From Squalus acanthias (lineage: Eukaryota): a DNA stretch of 64,000 nucleotides. A program made the position numbers and the translations under genes. The notes beneath the pieces are model-generated. The model had not been told where the DNA came from. It did no database searches and saw only the letters and a program-made list of their open reading frames with translations. Where the stretch lies: NCBI GenBank assembly GCA_030390025.1, contig CM059432.1, positions 81,904,001 through 81,968,000 on the forward strand. Direction: 5' to 3'. Numbering within the stretch: the first letter of the stretch is position 1; each line of letters opens with the position of its first letter. Of the stretch, positions 34,731 to 45,858 are shown piece after piece.

Positions 34731-36967
34731 AAATGACAGAAAATGTGATGTATAATATTACTCCACCATTTCCGTGCAATTTGGGTGGACATATTCCATG
34801 GTCACCGTCCTGCCAGTGAGAAATTGGACAGGATGGGAGCAGACAATCCCGCCCTTCAGTTTATATTGAACTATTTTTAATTTGGATTCCAGAACACCTG
34901 ATCTGTGAACCATCTGCAGCTATCCCAGTAGTAGACTTGTATACCCAGCCTTTTATGGGTCTACGGGTCTGCTCCTGTGATAAGTAAGGTGTATTTAGCA
35001 GCATAAATGCCAGCCGCCAGCTCATTGATAGAAAAGCAGCTTTTATCCCACCCATATGAACTGGATTTAAATCCAGAGCAAAAATTGAAAGGACAATTAA
35101 CCCATTGCATCACCCTGAGTCCCTGTACAAAGTTCAGTGTATAACAATGAACTAGCTGCTGACTCAGCTGTGTGCCTATGCTTTCACGTGATCTTAGCTC
35201 ACTCAACACTGGGCTCGGTGGATCTGCTTTCTACCAATTTCTATATTATTTTCTGCCCTGTCCAATGTCTGTACATGCACACTTTTCAGCAGGGCTCAAT
35301 GGAGAGCAATCAAGAGTGTAAAAACTGATTTTTGTCACCGTTTAGCATGTGGACGCTGAAAACAATTGTAATACTCCACTTTACCCTGACCATGATTGGT
35401 TAATCAGATCTGCATAGACCAGGAACCAAACAAGGGGACAATTCTGGTCGTTACAGCTGAGCACCACACCATGGGGTACATTTACTCACTGAGCCATCAA
35501 GGCAGCTCTCAGATATAGAGTTAATGACCACTTAATGAGTCAGGGTTCTTGGAGCATGCATGCAACCATGAAAAAGTTCTGACTGCCCACTGGATTCTCT
35601 TTCTCTCACTCTGCTTCCTCATAGCACAGTCCCTACTGCACTGTCCCTACTGCTTCAAGAAACAGTTATAGACCTTGCCCAAGTAGGATAAATGTCTTTG
35701 ATGACAGGCAGCCTGGAAGTCACACTCATGACCTTCTAGTTGCATGTCAAGCACTTGTCAAGAAACTGCCCAATAACATTTATTTGAAGGTACTGTATCA
35801 AAGTACAAAAGAGAGCCAAGCGTATTTTAAAAAAACCAAAGTAAGACAAAAGTAACTATTCATTTCCAGTGTAGTGTTTTGGCAATAAAACAATTTCAAG
35901 CTGTTGGTTTTTCCCTCCAGTGAAGCAAACTGTTCTTGTGTTAATAATAGACTCCAGGTGTCAGCTAGCTGTCTTATATTCCAGCTTTACCAGATGACTG
36001 CTTTAAAACAAGGATTAACCATTTAAACAGCACTCAAAAGAATAGTAATCCTTGGATGAAATGTCCAACATGTTACACTAACGTAAGGCTATTGCAGAAA
36101 TAACTGTTTTTCTTCTAGTCTTTGGGTAAATGACCATGTTTGTGGTAATACATGAATGCCAAAACCAAAGCCTGATTATAACCCAGTTGTGATCTTGATG
36201 TGTTGAATGTGAAGCTTCAAATAAACTGTGGCTTATGGAGCTACTAATTTAAATAAGCAGATCCTTTTAAGTCAAACCTACCAGCAATTTCCTATTTATA
36301 TTAAAGGAGGAGCAGGATTCTTTCAAACCACAACTTTCATTCAGCATGTTTAGTGGAATTTTCAACATCTAAAAGATCTGATTTAGTTACATAGCTACAG
36401 TGTCAGGTGGTGCTTGCAGCTGCTACACAGCTGTTGCTAAGAAGGAATATTTATTCTGTTTGATTCCTGCCACGAGCTTCGCGTGGTAGTGACAACCACA
36501 GTACCTGGTTTTAAGTTAGGTGGTGCCTGGTTAGATGATGACTCTGCCTTATGCTTTTTTATTATTTGGTTAGTAATGACTGTTGGTTGGAACTCCAACC
36601 CACAGTAACAGCTGCTCAGAGTGTATCCAAGATGCTTTTATGATTATTTAAAATGAGGGGGAAACTTTTTATTGCTCTGAAGTACACTGGGTGTAGATAT
36701 AGGCATCCTGCTTACCATACAAGAAAAATTGTCCTATTATATTTTTGTGTAAAGTGCAAAAAACGGCAGATACAGGAAATTTAAAACAAAAACAAAAAAA
36801 GCTGGCAACAGCCAACATCCGTGGAGAGAACAGACAAGCATATTAATACAATCAAAAAAGGGAGAGGAAGATAAATACATAAAAGAGCAGGCAAACCCTG
36901 AAAGGAATCATGAGTGGAATGATGGAAACAGATCATCTCACTCAAGTAATGGACAAAAGCATTTAAG

Positions 36968-37822
36968 CATCATCACCGTGGCTGCAGTGTGTACCATCCA
37001 CAAGATGCACTGCAGCAACTCGCCAATGCTTCTTCGACAGCACCTCCCAAACCCGCGACCTCTACCATCTGGAAGGACAAGGTTCAGCAGGTGCATGGAA
37101 ATACCATCACCGCCAAGTTCCCCTCCAAATTACACACCATCCCACTGGGACATATATTGCTGTTCCTGTGTCAGCTGTGGCTCAGTTGGTAACACCTGCG
37201 CCTCTGAGTCAGAAGGTTGTGGGTTCTAGTCCCACTCCAGAGACTTAAGCACATAAAGCTAGGCTGACGCTCCAGTGCGAGCACTGAGGGAGTTCTACAC
37301 TGTCGGAGGTGCCGTCTTTTGGATGAGATGTTAAACCATGGCCTCATCTGCTCTCTCAGGTGGGCATAAAAGATCCCATGACACTATTTCAAAGAAGAAC
37401 AGGGGAGTTATCCCCGGTGTCCTGGCCAATATTTATCCCTCAATCAACATCACAAAAACAGATTATCTGGTCATTACCACATTGCTGTTTGTGGGAGCTT
37501 GCTGTGCGTAAATTGGCTGCCGTGTTTCCTACATTACAACAGTGACGACACTTCAAGAAAGTACTTTGGCTGTAAAGCGCTTTGGGACATCTGGTGGTCG
37601 TGAAAGGCGCTATATAAATGCAAGTCTTTCTTTCCTTCATCGTCGCTTGGTGAAAATCCTGGAACTCCTTACCTAACAGCACTGTGGGAGTACCTTCACC
37701 ACACGGACTGCAGCGGTTCAAGAAGGCGGCTCACCACCACATTCTGAAGGGCAACTAGGGATGGGCAATGAATGCTGGCCTTGCCAGCGACACCCACATC
37801 CTGAGAATGAATTTATAAAAAA
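36968..37822 (+). mobile_element. LINE 3' end (CR1/L2 superclade, family unassigned) split by a SINE
   Basis: VAAVCTIHKMHCSNSP.LLRQHLPNPRPLP..., resuming after the SINE with KSWNSLPNSTVG..LQRFKKAAHHH. Copy on the minus strand at ~53085-53355. Confidence 0.75.
37166..37633 (+). mobile_element. Full-length Deu-domain tRNA-SINE (SacSINE1/AmnSINE-like)
   Basis: A-box TGGCTCAGTTGG, B-box GGTTCTAGTCC, Deu-like core CAGGTGG..TAAAAGATCCCATG..CACTATTT, and an L2-like tail GCGCTATATAAATGCAAGTCTTTC. Confidence 0.88.
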
Positions 37823-38327
37823 CAAAGGGTATGTAAATAGGTAAAGAAGCGGGAGGCCTGGAGAAATACAAGTTTTCTTAGCTACTTCCACATCCTTTGT
37901 CTCTTTAATGTCTTAATGTTTCTGTCCATTACTTGACTAAAATGATCTGTTACATCACACTAGTCATGATTGCTCTCAGGGTTTGTATGTATTTCCCCAC
38001 TCCCCTTTATCTGATTTCATTAATATGCCTGTCTACCTCTAATTTTTCAGTTCTGAAGAAAAGTCTGTACCCGAAACATAAACCCGTCTGTTATCTTTAC
38101 AAATGCTGACTGACCTGCTGTGTGTTTCCAGCACTTTCTGTTTTTTTTTACTTTAGATATTTTGGTTTTCATGTTTCAGACGACTCTTGCAGTTGAGAAT
38201 TGATCCCTATGTCTGCAAGAGTGTATTCACTTGCCCTGATATCTAGGTAAATTCCACAGTGTGCCCAGGATAGCAAACACACAACTCATTTTCTTTCCTG
38301 CGCCTCCACAGGATCCTCCTTCTCTTC

Positions 38328-38515
38328 AACAACAACAACTTGCATTTAAAGTAATAAATTGTCCCAAGGCACTTCACGGGAGCGTTATCAATCAAAATTT
38401 GACACCGAGCCACATAAGGAGATATTAGGGCAGATGACCAAAAGCTTGGTCAAAGAGGTAGGTTTTAAGGAGCATCTTAAAGGAGAGAGAGATAGAGAGG
38501 CAGAGAGGTTTAGAG
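38328..38515 (-). mobile_element. L2 3' end
   Basis: (CAA)n tail and close match to 41079-41290. Confidence 0.85.
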
Positions 38516-38622
38516 AGTAACTGTTACAAATTTTGGGTCTGTTGTAGCTATCTTCTGGGATTCAGTGACTTCATAAGCAGATCCTATGTCCCTTACATTC
38601 TGGCATCGACCCACACTGTCCC

Positions 38623-39550
38623 ATGATACAAAGCTGGGTGGGAACTTAAGTTGTGAGGAAGATGCAAGGAGGCTTCAAGGGGATATAGACAGGCTAAGTG
38701 AGTGGGCAAGAACATGGCAAATGGAATATTATGTGGACAAATGTGAAGTTATCCACTTTGGTAGGAAAAATAGAAAAGTAAGAGTATTTTTTAAATGGTG
38801 AGAGATTGGGAAATGTTGATGTTCAGAAGGACCTGGATGTCCTTGTACACAAATCACTGAAAGTTAACATGCAGGTACAGCAAGCAATTAGGAAAGCAAA
38901 TGGTATGTTGGCCTTTATTACAAGAGGATTTGCGTATAAGAGTAAAGACGTCTTGCTGCAATTATATAGGGCCCTGGTGAGACCACACCTGGAGTATTGT
39001 GTACAGTTTTGGTCTCCTTACCTAAGGAAGGATATACTTGCCATAGAGGGAGTGCAACAAAGGTTCACCAGACTGGTTCCTGGGATGGGGGGATTGTCCT
39101 ATGAGGAGAGATTCAGTAGACTCGGCCTATATTCTCTAGAGTTTAGAAGAATGAGAGGTGATCTCATTGAAACATACAAAATTCTTACAGGGCTTGACAG
39201 GGTAGATGCAGGGAGGATGTTTCCCCTGGCTGGGGAGTCTAGAACCAGGGTCACTGTCTCAGATTAAGGGGTCGACCATTTAGGACTGAGATGAGGTGAA
39301 ATTTCTTCACTCAGAGGGTGGTGAATCTTTGGAATTCTCTACCCCAGAGGGCTGTGGAGGCTCAGTTGTTGAGTATATTCAAGACAGAGATCGATAGATT
39401 TTTGAATATTAAGGGAATCAAGGGATATGGGGATAGTGCAGGAAAGTGGAGTTGAGGTAGAAGATCAGCCATGATCTTATTGAATGGCGGAGCAGGCTTG
39501 AAGGGTCAAATGGCCTACTTCAGCCCCTATTTCTTATGTTCTTATGTTCT
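38623..39550 (+). mobile_element. CR1 LINE 3' part
   Basis: DTKLGG..LQGDIDRLSEWARTWQM; LVRPHLEYCVQFWSP; RRMRGDLIETYKI; (TTCTTATG)n tail. Confidence 0.94.
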
Positions 39551-40089
39551 TAAACCTACTTGTACGATAGCATCACCCAGGGATGTAACAATGCATCCCC
39601 CTTGACATATGAGCTAGATACCATAAATCTGCTTGTGACTCCAGTCGTTTGATAGGTAAAACCAATGATCACTCTGGTAAGGTGAGGTCACTGACGGATC
39701 TAAAAGCTGATTTATTTTACAGAATACAGGTGACTGAGCAAAACTAGAAACTCCAGACTTTTTAAAACTTCTCCTACAGCTGGGAAAGCTGACCTGATAT
39801 ACCTCAATTCCCAGCTCAGGCCTAGATCTGCCTTTATTGGACCTGACTAATGTTGAACATGGGTTTTTCTCTCCTTTCTGTTAATTCTGACCCCAAGAAG
39901 TGAAATCTCATCAGACTACCATGGCAACTACTCCTGCTGAGCTCAAATCAATCAAGTCATTTCAACCAGAATAGGTGTGGCCAATCACTGAAAGGTCCAA
40001 ACTAACTTTCATTGTCTGAAGCACACTTGTTCAGACACCCTAGCCTAGAAATCCGATAAGTCCCATAAACAGGCAGTGCCATGGCGGGG

Positions 40090-40246
40090 CCAGGTTTTCT
40101 CGTGTCTGTAAAAAGATCGCAGTCAGCACCGGCACCCGGGTCCGGCTTTTCCAATATGAAATTTCGCGCATGTGCGCAACGTTGAATGGGCTGCGCAGCC
40201 CGTTAAAGGGACCGCACACCACCCAAAAAAATTAGTGGGAACATTG
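40090..40246. mobile_element. Short DNA-element end (hAT-like), related to ~46360-46428
   Basis: Shared GCAGCCCGTTAAAGGG..AGTGGGAACATTG; its reverse complement CAATGTTCCC resembles hAT/Tip100-type termini. Confidence 0.45.
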
Positions 40247-40256
40247 GTGAGGAAGT

Positions 40257-40764
40257 ATGAAGCTCAACGTAAGCGCGAGGAACAGCACCTCATCTTTCGA
40301 TTAGGCACTTTACAGCCTTCTGGACTCAACAGCGAGTTCAACAAATTCAGACCATAACCTCTGCCCCTATCATTTTTTTTCTCTCTCTCACATGGCAGCT
40401 GTTGATCATCCTGTCATTGCCATTTACACTTCATCTGGAGTCATCTTTTGATTCTTAACTTGTCCCATTACCATCTCCTTTTGCCTTTCACCATCATCCC
40501 TTTTGTCTCTTAATCTCTCCTGCCTTCCACCCTATCACAGACCTTCCCTTTTGTTCTTTTCTCCCCTCCCCCCTCTCCCTGCCCCTACACTTGCTTAAAC
40601 ACCTGTTACATCTCCAACTTTTTCCAGTTCTGACGAAGGGTCATTGACCTGAATCGTTAATTCTGTTTCTCTCTCCACAGATGCTGCCTGACCTGCTGAA
40701 TATTTCCAGCATTTTCTGTTTTTAGTTCAGATTTCCAACATCCGCAGTATTTTGCTTTTGTATT
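40257..40764 (+). mobile_element. Penelope-like element 3' end (family B)
   Basis: EAQRKREEQHLIFRLGTLQPSGLNSEFNKFRP*; hammerhead motif at 40626-40662 with GAAA changed to GAAT; 14-bp TSD ATTGGTGAGGAAGT at 40243-40256 and 40765-40778. Confidence 0.9.
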
Positions 40765-40809
40765 ATTGGTGAGGAAGTGTCGCTTGATGGCGCTATTGAT
40801 TGCTTCTTT

Positions 40810-41960
40810 CATCACTTTGCTGATGATTGGGAGGACGATGGAGGGTGGTAATTGGCTAGGTTAGATTTGTCCTGCTTTATATGGATAGAACATATCTGGC
40901 CAATTTTCTACATTGTTGAGTAGATGCCATTGTCACGGCAGCACTTCAATAGCTTGGCTGGAAGCAGGCTAGTTCTGGTGTTCAGCACTACAGCTTGATA
41001 TTATTCGGACCCATAGCCTTTGTTGTGTCCAGTGTGCTCAGCCACTTCTTCATGTGGAGAGAACAGAATTGGCTGGACACAACAACAACATCTTGTATTT
41101 ATATAGCGCCTTTAACGTAGTAAAACGTCCCAAGGCGCTTCACAGGAGCGTTATAAAGCAAAATTTGACACCAAGCCACATAAGGAGAAATTAGGGCAGA
41201 CAACCAAAAGCTTGGTCAAAGAGGTAGGTTTTAAGGAGTGTCTTAAAGGAGGAAAGAGAGGTAGAGAGGTGGAGAGGTTTAGGCAGGGAATTCCAGAGCT
41301 TAGGGCCTAGGCAACAGAAGGCACCACCACCAATGGTTGAGCGATTATAATCGGGGATGCTCAAGAGGCCAGAATTAGTGAAGCGCAGATATCTCGGGGG
41401 GTTGTGGGGCTGGAGGAGATTACAGAGATAGGGAGAGGCTAGGCCACGGAGGGATTTGAAAACAAGGATGAAAATTTTTAAATCAAGGCGTTGCTTAACC
41501 GGGAGCCAATGTAGGTCAGCGAGCACAGGGGTGATGGGTGAACGGGACTTGGTGCTAGTTAGGACACAGGCAGCCGAGTTTTGGATGACTTCCAGTTTAC
41601 ATAGGGTAGAATGTGGGAGGCCGGCCATGAGTGCATTGGAACTGTCAAGTTTAGAGGTTACAAAGGCATGGATGACGATGGGAACCTTGGGAGGCGGCCG
41701 AGTGGTGTTATGATCTTGGCACTTTTAGCTGGTGACACTTGCAAACACTACAACCTTGTCTCTAGCACTCTTGTGCTGAGCTCTGCCATAATTGAGGCTT
41801 GGATCTTCATGGAGCCTCCTTCTCCCGTTGGTTGTCTGATTGTCCACCATCATTTGTGACTGAATGTGGTAGGGCTACAGAGCTGTTTGTTGTGAGACAG
41901 TTTAGTTCGGTCTATAGTCTGCTGTTTTTGGTGTTTAGCAATTGCCCTGTGTTCACTAGG
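40810..41960 (-). mobile_element. Degenerate LINE fragment interrupted by an L2
   Basis: LINE-like sequence on both sides of 41079-41680. Confidence 0.5.
41079..41680 (-). mobile_element. L2 LINE 3' end
   Basis: KLEVIQNSAACVLT..ITPVLADLHWLPVKQR..LWNSLP..FKTLLKTYLFDQAF; (TTG)n tail. Confidence 0.93.
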
Positions 41961-42025
41961 TTGATGAGAATTTAATTTAATCTACAGGGGTTGAGGTAAA
42001 ACCTGCAAGAATTTATGAAATATTT

Positions 42026-42235
42026 GGGGCAATTTTAACCTAACCTGGCAGGCAGGCAGGAAAGGGCAGGTTTGGGTCAGATGCCTGATTTACCACCTCT
42101 TGATTTTACTCTCCATTGACTTCAATTCCCAATCCCGCCTGTTATTGAGGGCAAAATCGAGCGAGATGTAAAACAGGCATCTGACCCAGTTCACCCCATT
42201 TCCCACCGAGCGGGTTTGGGTCAAATGACCCTCAT
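42026..42235. mobile_element. Short Harbinger-like MITE
   Basis: GGGGCAATTTTAACC and GGTCAAATGACCC ends; internal inverted repeat GGGTCAGATGCCTG / CAGGCATCTGACCC. Confidence 0.6.
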
Positions 42236-42677
42236 GGGGACTAAAGACCTCTACGGATGATTACAAAGAGGAATGTATTATAAAAAGTAACTTTCACTGA
42301 TGCAGAGAACAACTTCACGAGCCAGGCCATAAAAGCAGTTTTGATGTTGTAAATCTACTGCACCCTCTCAAAGAGCCACAATATCCTTCTGATGGTTTTA
42401 TGACTGATCTGCATACAGTTTTCTACATTGTTTTATGAAATAATTTATCAGAAGGCAATGCCCCTTTGTAGTTTATTTTAGTACTAATCAGTGTCTTATA
42501 CAGTAACAATATCACCTCTTTTGATTTGTATTTTTCTTCCTCTTGGTGCAGCCTAGTAGCTTGTTTACTTTGTTTTACTGCACCCATGTACTGGGTCGAG
42601 GGTTTGAACAATATTTCTAAAGTAGCCCCCTTTATTGGACCTGTACTGGGGTTACAGTCTTTTGAATGGAAGCAAAG

Positions 42678-42935
42678 CACATAGGAACAGGAGAAGGCCA
42701 TTCAGCCCCTCAAACCTGTTCCACCATTTAATTAGATCATAGCTGATCTGCATCTTAACTCTATCTACCCGCCTTGGTTCCATATCCGTTAATACCCTTG
42801 CCTAACAAAAAATCTTATCAATCTCAGTTTTGAAATTTTCAACAGACCTAGCCTCAACAGCTTTTTGGCGGTGAGAGTTCCAGATTTTGACTACCCTTAA
42901 TGTAAAGAAGTGCTTCCTGACATCACCCCGAATGG
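42678..42935 (-). mobile_element. CR1 3' end
   Basis: RGDVRKHFFTLRVVKIWNS..ENFKTEID. Confidence 0.85.
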
Positions 42936-43052
42936 TTTTACGTGCAAATGTGATTTGCCCGCTATACGTGATGGCCGTTATAACGTGTGATACAGAGTTT
43001 GAGTCACCAATTATATTTAAAATGTCAAGCCTGTCTTTACATTTGACTCTAT

Positions 43053-43896
43053 GGGCTGAATTTTGCCAATGGGGAGCTTTTGGAGGCGGGACTCCCACTT
43101 GTCAGGCTTTAGTCCCACCTCCATTGACTTCTGGCCAACCCACGCTATTTTCCCTTGATTGACCTTGTTAAGCCCGCCCAGCGGGTTTAGCAGGCCAATT
43201 AAGTGAAAGCCAGTGACAGAGAATGTCGGCATATGACGTTTCATCTGTCAAAAATTTTTGACAGATGAATTGTCATCGTTTGACAGCTCTGTGAAGCTGT
43301 CAAACATTGACATTCTCTGTAGTTTGATGAGTCCTTGTATTCAAGACTCATCAAACCTATCTGCTGAGCAGAAATTAGATGGTTGTTGCTTCGGAGAATG
43401 CAGCAGCCATCTGTCATCTCTGCCGGTGAGATGAGGAGTCTCTGGTTCCCCAACTGTTGAAGCCTGCAGGAAGAAACAAAGGTAAGTAAACATTTTCTAT
43501 CACTTTACACTCACCTCACATACTTACCTCTCCACACTTGCACCCATCACTCACCTCCACAGCGCACTTTTGGACCCCTCCAACTCCCGCAGACACACTG
43601 CTCGCTTCACTGACCCTGGCGGGGTATCCCAACGTCAGGAAGCCCGCACTTGCAGAGGTAAAATGGGGATAATCCTCTTAACTGCCTGTTTACTACCTGT
43701 TAACAGGCAGTTAAGTGGCTGTAATCCCCTTCCTGCCTCGGGGAGGCGGATCCCAGTGCGGGTCGGGTACCTGCCTCCTGGGAAGATGGCACGGAGGCGG
43801 GTTGGGGGCGGGATGGGCACCCGCCCCCAGATTCTGCCATTTTCCCGGCAGTCCCGCCTCCAAACCCGCCTCCCCAGGGCTGGCAAAATTCCCCCC
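43053..43896. mobile_element. Harbinger-type MITE (~844 bp), copy 2
   Basis: TIRs GGGCTGAATTTTGCCA and TGGCAAAATTCCCCCC; TSD TAT; collinear with 15364-16207. Confidence 0.9.
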
Positions 43897-43974
43897 TATA
43901 CTTCTGGTCATAATTAATGCACCCCTGGTTATGCCATTTCCATTTTTAATATAGGTTTTTAATATGGTAAACAA

Positions 43975-45352
43975 TCCCTTCTCGGCCTGTCTGCAGTCTT
44001 TGACATGGTTGACCACACCAGCCTCCTTCAAAGCTTCTCCGCCGTCGTCCAACTGGGTGGGACTGCCCTCGCCTGGTTCCATTCCGATCACTCCAGTCGT
44101 AGCCAGAGAATCACCTGCAATGGCTTCTCTTCCCGCTCCCTCACCGTTACCTCTGGAGCCCCCAAGGATCTCCCTTTAGCCCCCTCCTATTTCTCTTCTA
44201 CATGCTGCATCTCAACGACATCATCCAGAAACACAATGGGCCATAATCTGCGACCCCTATGGGTGTGTACGCGCCCGTAAGGGCCGCGCAAGTTCCGGGT
44301 TTAGGCATGCGCTAAAACCTGGAACTTGCGATCTGTCAAGAATTTTCTTGACAGATCATCTGCATCCCCGGGAAAAGGGCATCTGCGGGCAGAGAGTTGC
44401 GCTATTTGCCCAACGTCTGCCCAGCGAATGCCCGTGAAATTCTTATGTCTGGTAAAAGCAGGCGTAAGGCTTGCTTTTACCAGCGTAAGAATTTAAAAAA
44501 GCAGAAAAATAAAATGTTATCAATAATTTATACATTTAAAAACTTGTTAAATAAGGTAAGTTTATTTTAGCCCCTTTAAAACATGTAAATGTATTTTTCA
44601 AAATTTTTTATTTTTGTTTTAAATATTTAATTAAATGCCATTTTCATTCATTTTAAATATGTGATTTTTTTTATTTTTATTTATTTGATGTCTAGGTGTA
44701 TTTTTGGGGTATTCCCATTCATAGTTATGGGGTTTCCGTATATATGGAATCCCAATAAGTATGAATGGGGATTCCCTTCTGTCATTCGTTGGGCTGGCCC
44801 ACGTGATCCCAGCGGCGCTCGCGAACCGCCTGCGCCCTGAGATACGTGGGCCTCTACCCGCGGGTACCCAGAGAGGCCCAGGACCACAAGTCTCCGTACC
44901 TCCCGGACCACCAGGTAGGCACGGATTTTATTTGCGGATCGAAGGCATTTCCCCGCGGGAAGCCTCCAACCGCAAATTCAGGGCCACTGTCACATTCCAC
45001 ATGTACGCTGATGACACCCAGCTCTACCTCACCATCACCTCACTCAACCCCTCCACTCTCTCTCATTTGTCAGGCTGCTTGTCCGACATCTAGTACTAGA
45101 TGAGCAGAAATTTCCTCCAACTAAATATTGGGACGATCGTTGTCTTCGTTCACCGCCACAAACTCCGTTCCCTAGCCACTGACTCCATCCCTCTCCCTGG
45201 CAACTGTCTGAGGCTGAACCACACTGTTCGCAACCTTGGTGTCATATTTGACCCCAAGATGAGCTTCTGACCACATATCCGCCCATCACCAAGACCGCCT
45301 GTTTCCACCTCCGTAACATCACCCGACTCCGCCCCTACCTCAGCTCATCTGC
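43975..45352 (+). mobile_element. L2 LINE RT region split by a MITE
   Basis: GTALAWFHS..SQRITCNGFSS..VTSGAP, then FHMYADDTQLYL after the insertion. Confidence 0.85.
44238..44985. mobile_element. Harbinger-type non-autonomous element nested in L2
   Basis: Imperfect TIRs GGGCCATAATCTGCG and CGCAAATTCAGGGCC; flanks AAT/ACT; cleanly interrupts the L2 frame. Confidence 0.8.
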
Positions 45353-45354
45353 TT

Positions 45355-45858
45355 CTGGGGATGGTGGGGCGGGCAACCAATCTGCTCCCAGGAGGTAGGT
45401 CGTCATTTAAATATTTTAATGAGGCTGTGTGCCTCACATTTTAGCTCCATTTTAAATTTAATCCTGGCCAGCTGGGTTGCCCGGGCCTCCGGCAACCCGG
45501 CAGCTAAAGGACAGTGAGGACTGATGCGTGGAAGCACTGCTTTTGGGCAGGAGGAGCAGGACTTCCCCACATTCACCGACCCCCCCCCCACCCCACCCAC
45601 CATCTCTGCCCCTGAAATGTCTCTGACCCTCCGCGATAACCCCCAACCCTACAAGCCACTCTGTACCAACCCCGCCCCCCCCCAACTCCGCGATCTCTAC
45701 CCTGAGCAGCATGAACTTACCTGCTCCTGGGCTGCGGCCTCTTCTGGAGCGATCCCCACCCGACAGGGAGCCAAGCCTGTCAATCAGGCTGGCTTCCAGG
45801 CAGGGATCCTGTTTAGAAAAAAAACACGCACGCTGTGGATTCAGTAAATATCGGGGCC
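45355..45858. mobile_element. Non-autonomous DNA element fragment (Harbinger-like)
   Basis: Homologous to 32775-33440; ends AAATATCGGGGCC. Confidence 0.55.

Noticed and set aside
37173..37245. tRNA gene
   Set aside because: The A/B boxes run straight into a SINE body; the same holds at ~47990 and ~58740.
39915..39990. RFX-like (ACCATGGCAAC) plus CCAAT motif pair
   Set aside because: Short motifs with no linked gene and spacing unlike a compact X-Y module.
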